64,000 bases of DNA from Octopus vulgaris (Eukaryota), in contig OX597820.1 of NCBI GenBank assembly GCA_951406725.2, forward strand, positions 10,478,001 through 10,542,000, given 5' to 3'. The position numbers were made by a program, and so were the translations under genes. Positions 39,520 to 54,048 of the stretch are shown piece by piece (position 1 is the stretch's first letter; every line of letters starts with the position of its first letter). The notes beneath the pieces are model-generated. The model was not told where the DNA came from. It saw only the letters and a program-made list of their open reading frames with translations, and did not search any database.

Positions 39520-39894
39520 CTAGCAGTCACCCGGCGTCGCTCGGGTTTGTTTCGACCCTTTAGAATTGGAATTTTTGAAAAGGAAAAATTTTGCATTATG
39601 TTTAAGTGAACATTTTTCTGGTTGAAATACACCGAAAAATGGCGACACAGCAGTCAGAAATTCGTAAAAAATAGGGATTTTCATATAAAAAAAAGCACCT
39701 TTTTGATGTAAATAATTTTTGGTGTTAACATGGTGCGATGTGAATTTTTCTTCTACGGAAGAGCGAGCAAGCCTTCTTCTATCATACTCTCAATTTTGGT
39801 CAACTTGCGCCGCAGGGTCTCGGAGGAGATAGTGTTAGTTGAAGGCTACCAAACCTGCCATACACAGACAACTTAAGCTTTATACATAGAGAGA
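39520..39894 (-). mobile_element. Non-autonomous Helitron, copy 2
   Basis: Same termini (A|TC ... CCCGAGCGACGCCGGG ... CTAG|T) and body as 18183-18575. Confidence 0.85.
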
Positions 39895-40261
39895 TTTATT
39901 TTATCTTTGGTAGATTGTAGAATCAAACGCTGTTACGACACTTCAACTAAAATTTGTATCTGTGGAACATATACTTTGAACAGTTATGCGTTTTTCTTGT
40001 TGCAGTAAAGTCCCCTCTGTAGCAATTCAATAGTTTAAAACTTTTTAGTCAAGTCTGGGTTAATCTCACATGGAAAGTCATAAACACTGGCGTATATATT
40101 TATAAAGTAGGAAAAAATGCATTTTTTATGATATTGTTGTTATAAAAATATTGAATTCCGATTGATATAAAAATCTGTTATCGTCAATTCAATACATCTA
40201 AGTAGTTGAATGAAAAATATACGATCGATCAAAAAATTTGCAATGGGAAGTGCTTAAATAT

Positions 40262-41127
40262 TCTTTTCTACTCTAGGCAAACAGGCCCGAAATTTTTTGA
40301 AGAAGGGGACAGTCAATTAGATCGACCCCGGTACGCAACTGGTACTGTGTGAACATCAAAAGCAACAGAGAAGAGCGAGTGAAACGTAATAAATAAAATT
40401 TCTTCTTTTCAACTCATGGCACAAAGTCCGAAAATGGGGGAGGGGGCAGTCGATTAGATCGACAACTGCTACTTAATTTATCGTCCTCGAAAGAAAAAAA
40501 AAAAGAAAAATCGATCTCGGCGGAATTTGAACTCAGAACGTAGACAAACAAAACACCAGCGTGCTAACGTTACTGCCAGCTCGCCGCCTTAAATACATCT
40601 ATCCTTTCTACTACAATCCCAAGGCCTGAAATGTGTGAGGAGGGGACCAGTCGATTACATCGACCTCAGTATTTCACTGATTACTTAACTTATCGATCCT
40701 GAAAGGATGTAAGACAAAGACGATTCCGGTGGCATTTGAACTCAGATCGTAAAAACAGGCGAAATACCGCTCAAGCTTTTTACCCTAAATGCTAATGTTT
40801 CTGCCAGCTCGCCGCCTTGAAGTACCAAAATATTGCAAGTCTGGTGCTGCGAAACCCATCACCTACTCTCTTAAAAATAATGATGGTATCCTCAGTTCTA
40901 ATTCCGCCGCGGTCGACTTTGCCTTTCATCCTTTCGAGGTCGATAAATTAAGTACCGGTTGCGTACTAAAGTCGATCTAATCGACTGGATCCCTCCTCAA
41001 AAATTTCTCGCCTTGTGCTTAGAGTAGAAAAAAAATAATAATGATGGTCCAGCAATTATGACTGAGGCCCAGAAATTTCGGAAGAGAGATTAAATCAATT
41101 AGATCGATCCTATTTCCACACGACGAC

Positions 41128-41174
<47 letters not shown>

Positions 41175-41190
41175 CGATGATAACGATGAC

Positions 41191-41228
<38 letters not shown>

Positions 41229-41304
41229 CGATGATGATGATGACGATGATGATGATGACGATGATGATGATGACGATGATGATGATGACGATGATGATGA
41301 TGAC

Positions 41305-41339
<35 letters not shown>

Positions 41340-41615
41340 CGATGATGACGATGATGATGATGACGATGATGATGATGACGATGATGATGATGATGATGAT
41401 GATCTTTCTACTACAAGCACATGGCCTGAAATTTGAGGGGAAGTGGCTAGTCGATTATATCTACCTCAATACGTAACTGGTACTTATTTCATCGACTCCG
41501 AAAGAATGAAAGGTGAAGTCGACCTCAGCGGAATTTGAACTCAGAACGTAAAGACGGACGAAATGATGCTAAGCATTTGTTCGGCATGTTAATGCTTTTG
41601 CTAGCACGCCGCCTT
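40262..41615. repeat. Cluster of 5-6 family C SINE copies/fragments around a (GAT)n tract
   Basis: Repeated TTCTACT...AAGGCC.GAAA..GGGG..AGTCGATTA.ATCGAC units at about 40265, 40405, 40605 and 41405 on the minus strand, and at 40885-41030 on the plus strand. Confidence 0.7.
41121..41403. repeat. (GAT)n/(GAC) microsatellite
   Basis: Direct reading; source of the poly-Ser and poly-Met ORFs. Confidence 0.95.
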
Positions 41616-42001
41616 GATGATGATGATGATGATGATGATGATAAATGCCCTGATGCAGTACCAGACAGTGGCTCGCGTGGCTTCTGACCTTAGCTGATTG
41701 GAAATGTTATAATGCACATTGTTTTCTCTTGGTATAAAAGATGGCCTACAGCAAATATTCTGCCCAATACCACAGATTTGCTTGTCAGTTGTTTGACCGT
41801 AACCAGTTGAGCATGTCGCTTGGTGGCTGACGACATGTGCACCTCTGATCACGGGCAGAAGTAGTGGAGGAGCATCATAGCCATGTGTCGAGGAGAATTC
41901 TTTGGAGAATGAATAATTCACCTTTGGAAAGATGAGTATTTCTTTCAACGTCCTCAAAAACCCTTATTCAGGGAATTTTTGAGCGGGATTCAATTATTAT
42001 G

Positions 42002-42034
<33 letters not shown>

Positions 42035-43794
42035 ATGATGATGATGATAATGACGATGGTGATGTTGATGGTGATGATGATGATTTCACATTCACGAGTC
42101 TAAAATAACATTGTAAGGAGAGAAAAGTCAATAATATGAAACTGTAGTATTTTAGCGATGCGGAAAATCGAAAACCGTTTATCGACGTCAGCTGGATTTG
42201 AAATCACAAAATATAATTACAATCGCAGAAACAGAATAACGCTAAAATGTTTGATTGATGAATTAATAAAACCAGATTTAAAGAAAAAATTATCATCATT
42301 TATTGTATGCAGATACTTTATAAATATTAAATTTCTGAATAATTATAATCAAAATTTAATAAACAAATTCTTGACAAGTCTGTCATTTATTTTGTTTAAT
42401 ATTTTTAATCATACTGTCAGCAGTCTTATTCTAATATTTATTTTTACCAATAACACAAAGACAAATATCTATGGGAAGTGGTTAAGTCTATTAAATAGAC
42501 GTCACTGCATCATTCCTGCTTATTTTATATGACATGAAAGAATGGAAGCCAACGTCATCCTCGGCGGAAGCTCTTTCTTCTTGAGCGGATATTAACCTTT
42601 GCCATTGTTACTGACCTGCAAATAAACACTGCTAATTTCTAAATGATTCAGAATTTACATTTTCCTTTTAGATATGACATAAATAACAATAGGATTCACA
42701 TCTTGAGAATACTGAAGCGGCAAAATGTCACAGATTCTTCAAATATTCTAATGATTTGTCTTAATTATGAAGAATCATTACAACGTTGGTTCATAGTTAA
42801 ATGGCATTTTCCTAGCAGTGAATCAGTGAATCAATACAAAAGCAACGAATACTTTTTAATACCATACAATCATCAAGATCACCACCATCCGCAACATCAT
42901 CAGCATCACCTCTAGGAAATATTCTTGGTAGCTGTAGCTAATTATATTCATAACAGAATTTAAATAATCAATGCTTCCGACTTAGCTAACTTTTACATCA
43001 CAGATATCTATAATGCCCATCTGAGAGGACAAGGAATCCAGTCTGAGCTGCAAAGATTATTATTTACAATAAATTAAGCTGTTTTCCTGGTTTCCTTGTA
43101 CAGATCATAGAATTCTCTGCTGATGCAACGTTTCCGATTTCGTTGGATTTGGGGTACAATACCAACTAATCGATTGTAATAAAGTGTATTGATAAATTTA
43201 TTTTGACACTTCTTGCGAAATTCTTTGATAAAGAAATAACGATCATCACCCTCATTATAGAGACTAAATTATATAAATCTTTTCATTCCTGTTCAAACAT
43301 TCTCTTCTTTCCGTGAAGTCAATCAAGCTTTTGTAGTTACTGGCCAATTTTCCTTACATGTAAAGTTTATAATAGAATCTTCGCAACACAGAAAGAAAAT
43401 GTCACAAAAATGAGAGCAAGAGTAATTTTTCCCAGGTGAAGGGAAAAATTGAAAATTAATTAAATACTCGAACACTTTTCAAATTTCGATAAGAAATGAT
43501 TAAAAAAAAATGAAGATGACTATAATAATTGAAGAATACCAATAAAATCTTCTCAAAAAACCCCGAAAATTTGTATGAAAAATATTTTAAAATCTTACAG
43601 GTGTATTCAGTCTTGGTGTACACAAACAAGTATATTAATTAGAGAGGGAAAGATATCTCAGTGTGTGTTGAAGTCATATTCCGTAATATCTTTCTAAGAT
43701 AAAGCTTTAAACACTAATTTCGAAGTATTGACTATGTATATAAGTTCCTTCAGGTACACACATTACATCTCCTCTCTTATATAAATATATACTG

Positions 43795-43849
<55 letters not shown>

Positions 43850-43889
43850 GTCTCTCTCTCTGTATATATAAATATATACATTATATATA

Positions 43890-43933
<44 letters not shown>

Positions 43934-44037
43934 ATATATATGTATGTATATATATGCTCTAGTTTAAATCTCTTGTGCAATACTGTGTTCTATATGGAGA
44001 ATATCTGCCTCTCATCTATATATACATACATACATGC

Positions 44038-44094
<57 letters not shown>

Positions 44095-45054
44095 CATGTG
44101 TGTGTGTGTATATCAAACGTATTCATATACTTCTGGATTAAAAGGAGAAAAAAAACTTGGGAAATTATATTCTAATTCTCAAGAGTAGCACTAACTCCTA
44201 GCTGTGAAATGACTAAAGCTGGAAATCGAAACCGCATCGCTGGCTTTCCTTGGTCATACTTCACTGCAGATCTGGTTTCTGATAAAAGCAGATTATATGC
44301 GAAGCAGCTTCTTGAAGACCAACATAGAAAATGCATGTGCGTGTGTACGTATGCACGTGTCTTTGGAAATATATTAGCGAGCGTGGATGTAATGCTATAC
44401 TTTATATTCCTCTAGTGAATTTCGCTTGAAGTGCCGAGAATATATTGCTCTTATGTCAGTATTTGATAACTGTTTAATGACATTCTACTGACTCGTATTT
44501 AAACTGGAAATCAATAGTTTTTTTCATTATTAATGCCATTGTGAGTTTTATTATCTCAGAGGTTCTTTTTTTTTTTTTTCAATTTATTGAAATCTATTTC
44601 TCTGGAATCCATAAGACTTCAGAATCCATCTCCATTTCATTTTCAAGTTATTTCATCAATCACATATAAAAGTGAGAAAATACCAAAAAAATATTCAGAA
44701 CATTATTCGTATTTCATTTCTTAATTTAGATCTGTAAACGCCTCGTGGATTACAATAAGTTTACGAGAATTAGGCCACGTTTTAAAATTCTCTCGTAGCA
44801 TAATCTTAAGCATAAACGGGTGATAACCGATTGGAGAAGTAATTTTAGTGACGGCAGATAGATAATAATATTGAATGTAAAGTAAGATTATAGGATATTC
44901 ATTGTGTTCTGACAAAAGTGAAGTGAAATGTTATTATGCTGGAATGAATTTTCGGATTTCGATAAGAATCTTTAATACGTTAATTAAAATCCAGATTTTG
45001 CATTCAGCGCGGAGAATCTGTGCAGAGAAGCACGTCACTTCACTCATTTAGGTT

Positions 45055-45442
45055 TTTTTAGTCATTAGACTGCGGCCATGCTGGGGCACCGCCTTGAAGA
45101 TGTTTAGTCGGACGAATAGATCCCGGTACTTTCTAAAATCCTGGTACTTATTCTATCCGTCTCTATTGCCGAACCGCTAGAACATAGGGAGGTAAACACA
45201 TTAACTTCGGTTGTCAGGGGGTGGTACGAGACACAGAGAGACTCAAACACACACACATACACACACACATATGTATATAGGTGAGTGTATGACGGGTTAG
45301 TTTCAGTTTCCGTCTACCAAATCGACTAGTAAAGCAGTGGTCGGCCCTATCATATAATACACGTCACTTGCTCAAGGTACCAAACAGTGTGACTGAACGT
45401 GGAATCATGTTGTCGGAAGCAATCTTCTTCCTACACAGCCAC
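45055..45442 (-). mobile_element. SINE family A, diverged
   Basis: Reverse-complement match. Confidence 0.75.
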
Positions 45443-46194
45443 GTCAGCAGAAAAAAGAACTAAAATTATGTAAATTTAGACAGAAGTTCGAGAAAAAAGG
45501 TCTGAGAAAAATTACAGAATTCTTAATTAATACAAATAGTACAAGAGAAATCTAAAAAAGGATACGTATATAAAAATATATTCTTTTATATATTTAATCG
45601 TCGTTGTGAGGGGATTGTGTAAAACTATCCGTTTCTAGTTCTAGTAAAATACCTGGTATCTTAGGCAAGTATCTTCGAACATATCTATAAGTCAGCTCCA
45701 TGAATGCCTTTTGCAAGTAAATTAAGAGAAACGGGATCCACTGCCGTGTAATTGCGCACAGGCGTAGGACTTTTCTAGAAAGAATGTAATTTAGAATAAT
45801 CCAGTTTCAATTATATAAATTTAGTCAGATTATCTCGAGAAAAATCTTGTGCAAGGACACAATACCTTAAATCCCATTTGTGTCCCTAAACTAGAAACTT
45901 TTACATAAGTATTACCAGAATTAGAATCCCGATGAATGACACTCACGCAATATCTGCGGTATAAAATGAACAAAACCCAACAAAACCAAGAAATCAAGAA
46001 GCCCTTTAACAAGGACAAGATGTGCATCGAACATATATTTCCTTCATCAGTTGCCTATCGGCTGTTATTGTGGTTTCGACACCTCGACAGTACAACTCTA
46101 TCTAGCAGTTTCAACAGCATTAATAGCATAAACGATGCCTGGGAAATAAATGGACAAGAAGCAGAAGAGAAGCATCAGAGCAATTTGCCCATTA

Positions 46195-46619
46195 CTCTCT
46201 TTTACTCTCTTTACTCTTTTACTCTTTTACTTGTTTCAGTCATTTGACTGTGGCCATGCTGGAGCACCGCCTTTAGTCGAGCAAATCGACCCCGGGACTT
46301 ATTCTTTGTAAGCCTGGTACTTATTCTATCGGTCTCTTTTGCCGAACCGCTAAGTGACGGGGACGTAAACACACCAGCATCGGTTGTCAAGCAATGCTAG
46401 GGGGACAAACACAGACACACAAACACACACACACACACATATATATATATACATATATACGACAGGCTTCTTTCAGTTTCCGTCTACCAAATCCACACAC
46501 AAGGCATTGGTCGGCCCGGGGCTATAGCAGAAGACACTTGCCCAAGATGCCACACAGTGGGACTGAACCCGGAACCATGTGGTTGGTAAGCAAGCTACTT
46601 ACCACACAGCCACTCCTGC
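46195..46619 (-). mobile_element. SINE family A, young-looking copy
   Basis: Closely matches 9302-9720, with a repeated TTTTACTCT tail. Confidence 0.88.
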
Positions 46620-47100
46620 TTATTGTTACAACTACAAATATGAAATGGAAAACATAAACCACTTCAGACCTTTAGCTACGAAGCACTGGAATTAAAATTA
46701 CTACAAATGAAGCGTGGAAATATCTTCAAAAGGAAAATTGCTGCCTCAAGAATTATGGAACCTAAAACGAACTTTACGCAAAGCACAAAAATAATTGAAC
46801 TTGGTGGAGAACACATGTTACCAATACATAAAATGGAACATAATAATAACCTAAGGAACAACTTAACTAGAACTTCAAACATAGAGAATAATTAAAGAAC
46901 ATAAACCAATAGTCATTGCTGCTCCACAATCTACGACTTGCATTTCAAACGTGAAAATATAATTAAATCGAACAGAAACGAGCAGAATGACATATCTTAT
47001 CACTTATCAGTTTAACTATCACGCTCCAATCTTCCTAAAACATACTTATTTATGTGTGTATGTGCGTGTATGTATATATATGTATATATATATATATATA

Positions 47101-47136
<36 letters not shown>

Positions 47137-47270
47137 TATAAATATATACATACATAGATATGTGTGTGAATATATATGTGTATATAAACATATACCAGTA
47201 TATACTTATGTATATATTTTATATATGATATATATATATATATATATGTAAGTATGTATATATATATATG

Positions 47271-47316
<46 letters not shown>

Positions 47317-47467
47317 TATAAATATATGTATACATATATATATAGATAGATATGTATATATAAAAATATGCCAGTATATATACACGCATATATATATGTG
47401 AATAGATATGTAAATATAAATATGTTATATGTATATATATATAAACATATACCAGTATATATTTATG

Positions 47468-47503
<36 letters not shown>

Positions 47504-47510
47504 CAAATTT

Positions 47511-47565
<55 letters not shown>

Positions 47566-49532
47566 AGAATGCATGCCATTGAGTGTGAATGTGGGTGAAG
47601 GGGAGCAGCGGCACTGTACTGTTCATATTTTATTTCTTGCTCACTTTTATTAACCCCGTATAAACGGTAGACAGGTAAGGCCTGTGATCAAAGGTATTTT
47701 ATCAGTAAAGGTCATTTATGGTCTTCAAATATATTTTGAAGACTACATTATCCAACATGTCACTTCAGATAAGTGAACTTTATGATTTCAGGGAGATTTA
47801 GTTGCTATTTCTAGAAAATTTTACGACGTCGCATTAGCGTGTTGAACTAATAAATTCTTGGTGGTTACACATCATAATTCGCTGTATAAATATAACAAAA
47901 TGTAGCGTTGTCAGCAATTAGTTACATGCCGCATCGAAATCAATAATTAAATGTCCTTTAATACAGTGATTATATTGCCTTTATTATTTCTGTTTTTACC
48001 CGTTCAAAATAATCATAAAATATGGGAAATAATATGATGTTTATCATAGACTTCAATAATGGATACTACAAACAGTAAAAAAAAAAACGCGAAAAACAAA
48101 AGAACATTCGCAAATTATTATAAAATTTTCGATTCTTCAAAGTTATCATCTTTGATCTTGTGAGGCTGCACATTGTGTTAGCTATTTCGAAAACCATCAA
48201 TCAAAAAGCATAGTACCACTGATGAAAGAATTCCCATAAGTGATGAATAAATTTGGTTGACTTGCCTCTTATTTCTTGATCTTCATCAAAACCACTTTAA
48301 TGAGATTTAAATAGGATAGTCGATTAATATTAACCATATTGTGAATTGTGTGTGGCTTCCAAATGCGTTATGTTCATTAAACATTTTCCTTCATTATGCT
48401 AAGTTAATTGCAAAATATTTACTTAGTCATTACTTTACCACTATTTAGAGATAACCAATGAAGCTTATAAATGGTCGAAGAGGTCTAATAACACGAAAAA
48501 TATCGTAGAGTTGTTGTCTCCCCTACTTGTCAGTACATTTTTTGTCACTGAATAATTTTTACACTACGCGTTGTGTCCTTGAGCAAGACAATTTATATCA
48601 TGTTGTTCCAGTTCACTCAGCTGGCAACAAGGAGTAGTAATTGTATTTCAAAGGGCCAGCCTTGTTACATTCTCTCTCACGCTGAATTCCCTCTGAAAAC
48701 TACGTCAAGTGTACACGTGCCTGTAGAGTTCTCAACCATTTTCACGAACAATTTCACGAGCAGGCTCTTCTATTGATCGGGTCAACTGGAACCCTCATCG
48801 TCGTAACCGACGGAGTACCAGTAGTAAAACTTCCTTTTTTCTGTAGTTTCTGCTCAGAGCTGCGGCCATGCTGGTGCACCGCCGTTGATATATTAATACT
48901 ATTTTCACCGCGTTGATATGTCAATAGTATTTTCACAGCAGCCATTTTACAATCTTTAAACAACACCGTACTTTTTGAAAAACTTGTATTTCAGCTAAAC
49001 TGTCCAACTGAAAATATCAAATACCTATTAAAAACCAATTCGAATGACATTTTAACTGCAAGTGCAGTAGAGATTTCTCTCACTCCAGCATAAATCTCTG
49101 ACGTCATCATGCCCAAACCCCATACACAGCATACTGATTTCTGTCTGCCCCAGCAGGAAGTTTCTATGGGCCGTGAAATTTGTTTGGCCATTTTCTTCAT
49201 ATGAATCACTTTTTTGATATTTTGATAATTTTAAGAATATTATAACTCGTAAATGATGGCAAATTTTAAAGTTTTATTGATGTTTGTTTTATAAAGAAAT
49301 TATAATTTTCTTTCCTGTTGTTTTACGAACCGGCAGAAATAATAGTTTTCTGCGTCATTAGTTTTAATAACAACCCCACCAAGGAGAGATTCACTGATAT
49401 CTTAATGTTCACTACTTCTTTTTGCAGGTAATCTAAAATGAAAAAAATAAGTCTCTTTTAATACATACCTCCTCTCTAGTTTAAAAAGGAATATGAAGAT
49501 CGTTAACCTCAGGGGATAGAAACGTTCCTTAT

Positions 49533-49640
49533 TTACATTATTTACATTTGACGGATATTTGTCCACATCTTGTTTGTTGTTAACACAAAAAAGAAACTGA
49601 TATATCCGCCAGACTTCATCAGGTGTCTTGGGGAAATTTT
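49533..49640 (-). mobile_element. Truncated second copy of the body of the tRNA-SINE/HHR element
   Basis: TACATTATTTACATTTGACGGATATTTGTC...CTTCATCAGGTGTCTTGGGGAAATTT aligns with 23597-23702. CTGATGA is retained but the GAAAC region has decayed. Confidence 0.65.
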
Positions 49641-50309
49641 GGGGAGGTGGGGGCCAGTCGATTAGATCGACTACAATAGGTGACTGATATTTAATTTATC
49701 GACCCCGAAAGGATTAAAGGCAAAGTCGATCTCGGCGGAATTTGAATTCAGAACGTGAGACAGACGAAATACGAAGCGTGATAACGTTTCTTATTTCTTT
49801 ATTGCCCACAAGGGGTTAAACATAGAGAGGGCAAACAAGGACAGACAAACGGATTAAGTCGATTAGATCGACTCGACTACGCAGCTGGTACTTAATTTAT
49901 CGACTCCGAAAGAATGAAAGGAAAAGCCGACCTCGGCAGAATTTGAACTCAGAACGTAGTGGCAGACGAAATACCTATTTCTTTACTACCCACAAGACGA
50001 AATACCGCTAAGCATTTCGCCTGGCGTGCTAACGATTCTGGCAGCTCGCCGCCTTAACGTAGTAAATAAATTTCGAATAAAAACAAAAAGGAAGGGAATT
50101 CGAATTAGGAAGATTATTGATATGGCGTTATAACTCTCAGATTGCTACAGTGCTTCTTACATGAGGAAAGAACAGGAAAATAATCGAAATATAATTGGTG
50201 AATGCGACAAATATGCCGTTGCGTGTCACTACAGTGGACAGTTTCAATTGAATTAGAATACTAACTCGTATAGGGAAAGTGTTTTACTAGTTTCTAAATT
50301 TTTTAATTT

Positions 50310-50690
50310 AGGCGTAGGAGTCGCTGTGTGGTAAGTAGCTTGTTTATCAACCACAAGGTTCAGTCCCACTGCATAGCACCTTGGGCAAGTGTCTTCTACT
50401 ATAGCCTCGGGTCGATCAAAGCCTTGTGAGTGGATTTGGTAGACGGAAACTAAAAGAAGACCGTCGTATATGTGTGTGTGTGAGTATCTGTGTCCCCCCC
50501 CCCCAACATCGCTTGACAACCGATGCTGGTGTGGTTACGTCCCCGTAACTTAGCCGTTCGGCAAAAGGGATTGATAGAATAAGTACTAGGCTTACAAAGA
50601 ATAAGTCCTGAGGTCGATTTGTTCGACTAAAGGCGGTGCTCCAGCATGGCCACAGTCAAATGACTGAAACAACTAAAAGAGTTAAAGAGT
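50310..50690 (+). mobile_element. SINE family A
   Basis: Full-length match. Confidence 0.85.
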
Positions 50691-52009
50691 ATATATCCGA
50701 ATTCTGGATCTCTCATGGAAGTGATGATTTCAATCGAACAATGTAATTTTAAAGTTATAATTTTAATGCTTTAAGCTAGGAGTTAGAACCTAGCTTTGAG
50801 CTGCAGACAAATTTCTAGTATCTAATCAGAAATGATTAGTTTAAAATTCTTCCTTCGCTTATCTCCTGCCTGCAATCATTCGTATGCTAGTACAAATAAA
50901 TATCTAATGATTAAATAATGAAGCAATCAGAACTGGCTAACACACACAAACTAAATGCAGAGTGGATAAATATGTGTTATTCTTAAAAACTGAAGTTTAA
51001 AAGAAATATAGTGAGGAAGTATTCTGGACTAGACAGCGTGGAATCTAGTTGGTTTAGGATTAGTTTCAGTAACGATTCTTGCATTAACATTCTGGTCATT
51101 TAGCTACAATTGATAGCAAATAAGCTGTCTTACAAATGCGGATTTGTTTTGAAGGCAAGCTGTCGTGTTATAATGAACCTGCCCAGTTCAGTATTCCGAT
51201 AGCGTATCTGAGTAGGATAACGTTTCCTGATCTTCAAAAATAAAGTATATTCAGTAATTTAGAAATCGAATACCAGCAATTTATTTTAGAACGATTTGAA
51301 AATATGTAGTATGGGTTACTGTGGGGAATAAATTATTAGATACTTTAAGTTTAGCAATTGTTTCACATGTAACAAACGACTAAAGATATTAAAGGAAGAA
51401 AAAACATGGTTCCTTTTTGTGTTACCAGATGTGTACTCACAGATTCTTGTCCTGGGTAAGCATCTGAATGTGTTAAATATTGGTTTCAGGCTGGTACAAG
51501 GTTTAGCGGTTTCACTCCATCAGGTAATGTTCAGTTGTTATACACAAAACCTTTTTTAACAATTACAAAGATATTAAGACGGTGCTCCAGCATGACCTTA
51601 GTCAAATGACTGAAACAAGTAAAAGAATAAGAGAATAGAAACATGTTTTGTGTGCGTCTATGTGTGTGTGTGTGTGTAAATGTATAAATATGTATTTACA
51701 ACAATGAGTTCGTTTTCTCCTTCTATCTCCTTCAATATTATTTTACCGTTTATAGCATCGTTTCGACAGTATCACTTTCTCACCTGGAATATTTAGTGAC
51801 AAGGATATCACCAAACTTGTTATTCCCGTCGATCACTTCCTTTCTATCCTCTTTTTTTGCTCAGTAGAGATACGACTAATTTTCATTTCTTTGAAGATGG
51901 ATTTTGTCCAAAAGTCTAGGATATCAACTGAAGTAATATGAAATTCCAACAGTATTTTTAGAGTTTAAATAGATTTTCCAACAGAATATGTAGAACGCTA
52001 AATCCTTAT

Positions 52010-52359
<350 letters not shown>

Positions 52360-52360
52360 A

Positions 52361-52391
<31 letters not shown>

Positions 52392-52412
52392 GGGCCATTT
52401 TTCCGATGTTCG

Positions 52413-52473
52413 GATAACTGAAGAGATGGCGGCGTGGATTTCCACCTCGGCATCCGAAACTCGGAATTTTATC
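52413..52473 (+). ncRNA. Hammerhead ribozyme motif (CTGAAGA core), slightly decayed
   Basis: Reads GATAA-CTGAAGA-GATGGCGGCGTGGA TT TCCACCTCGGCATC-C-GAAAC TCGGA ATT-TTATC, with stem I GATAA/TTATC. It lies in an island of about 190 bp (52387-52580) between (TA)n tracts. Confidence 0.68.
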
Positions 52474-52574
52474 ATGGCTACCGAATAATTGCCACATATT
52501 ATATTTACAGATAAATTTATTTTTTTACATAATATCGAAATCTCTCTCTTTCTTTTGTTGTCTTACCATTTTAT

Positions 52575-52637
<63 letters not shown>

Positions 52638-52640
52638 AGT

Positions 52641-53911
52641 TAGGTTGTCCGGAAATTTCTGAGTGTTTTTAATATGTAGAAGGGGATATATATAATTGAC
52701 TTAGCGATGCATTTTGTTCAATGACATAATTTCCATTATTATTAATGACCTTTACTCATCAATCAGGCAATTTAAATATTCCATCAGCATGAAATTCGAC
52801 TGTTTTGAAGAGAAGAATTATCTAGATTCATTTTAACTCCATCTAAATCGTTAAATGTTTTGCTTGCAATGAGTTTTGTAGAGACAAAAACAACTGGTCG
52901 TCGGATGGCGCAATATGAGAAGAATATGGTGGATGGGATAAGAGATCCCAGCCAAGTTCATGTAACTTTGTTTGCGTAGCCAAAAACACGTGTGGTCAAG
53001 CATTGTTTTGATAGAGCACTACCCCTTTCGAGTTGGGAATCTCCGGCCTCAACTTTTTTAAGCTGACCACAGTAAACATTAGTTTTTGTGGGAGATGCTC
53101 ATAAATATCGTGATGATTCAACGCAGCCTTGGCTTTGTTGCCTCATTTATTTTAACACATGCATGCTCATACAAGACCCGTATATCTTTTGGTACAGATA
53201 TTCGGCTGTGGCTGCTGTTTTAGGGATCCTTTGGCAAATTCCAGGATCTTTTTCGCACTACGTCTTCGTACACAATCCAATTTTCATCTCTAGTCACAAG
53301 TTGTTTGAAAATAGTAATCATTCATTCCGTTTCAAAAGCATATCTTAAACGGAATACCAGTCTAAGGAATTCTTTTCTGAGAGTTTGTGAGGGATCCATT
53401 CTTTACAGCGAGAACTGTACCCAAATTTCACTAGGTGTTCATGAGCCATAGTTTGAGGAACTTCCAACTCCTGTGCAAGTTCTGATATTTGAGTTTTCTT
53501 CGATTTTTGCCTTCCAAACATCTTCATCCAATTTTGAAGGTCTTCCATTGCTTCTGTCATCTTCCGAGCTAAACCCTCCAGTTTTAAATTTTGCAAACCA
53601 CCTTCGAACAGTTGATTCACCTACAGCATCATCAACATAAGCTTCACAAATATTTTTTGCAAGTTTTTGCAGCATTTTCTCCTTTAAAAAAAAAAGGAAA
53701 TCATTACAACGCGAATATGAATTTTTTCTTATCCATTTCAAATGTCAATAAAGGGTAATCGGAATAAAAGATAAATGTTTTTAGTCAGGAAAAGAGAAGA
53801 GATGCACTCCCAATTCAAGCAATGCCAAAGTTTTAACTGTGTTACCTTTCAAGAGTTTTCATTGAAGTGCTAAACAGTCTACATTAAAAACGCTCAGAAC
53901 TTTCCGCACCG

Positions 53912-53915
<4 letters not shown>
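52641..53915 (-). mobile_element. Full-length decayed mariner (Tc1/mariner) transposon
   Basis: Imperfect TIRs: TAGGTTGTCCGGAAATTTCTGAGTGTTTTTAAT versus the reverse complement of ATTAAAAACGCTCAGAACTTTCCGCACCGTCTA. About 1.27 kb long, between (TA)n and (TATC)n. Confidence 0.9.
52700..53741 (-). pseudogene. Mariner transposase pseudogene (frameshifts and stops)
   Basis: Motifs across frames: HTH ICEAYVDDAVGESTVRRWFAKFKTG..GRP, WIPHKL (WVPHEL-like), LVTRDE (VTGDE-like), QNNA*P (HDNARP-like) and HPPYSSHIAPSD (HPPYSPDLAPSD-like). Confidence 0.88.
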
Positions 53916-53990
<75 letters not shown>

Positions 53991-53993
53991 CTC

Positions 53994-54048
<55 letters not shown>

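Noticed and set aside
41019-41476. Poly-Ser and poly-Met ORFs, and the His/Ile/Ser-rich ORF at 60291-60995
   Set aside because: These are trinucleotide microsatellites with no splice or domain evidence.
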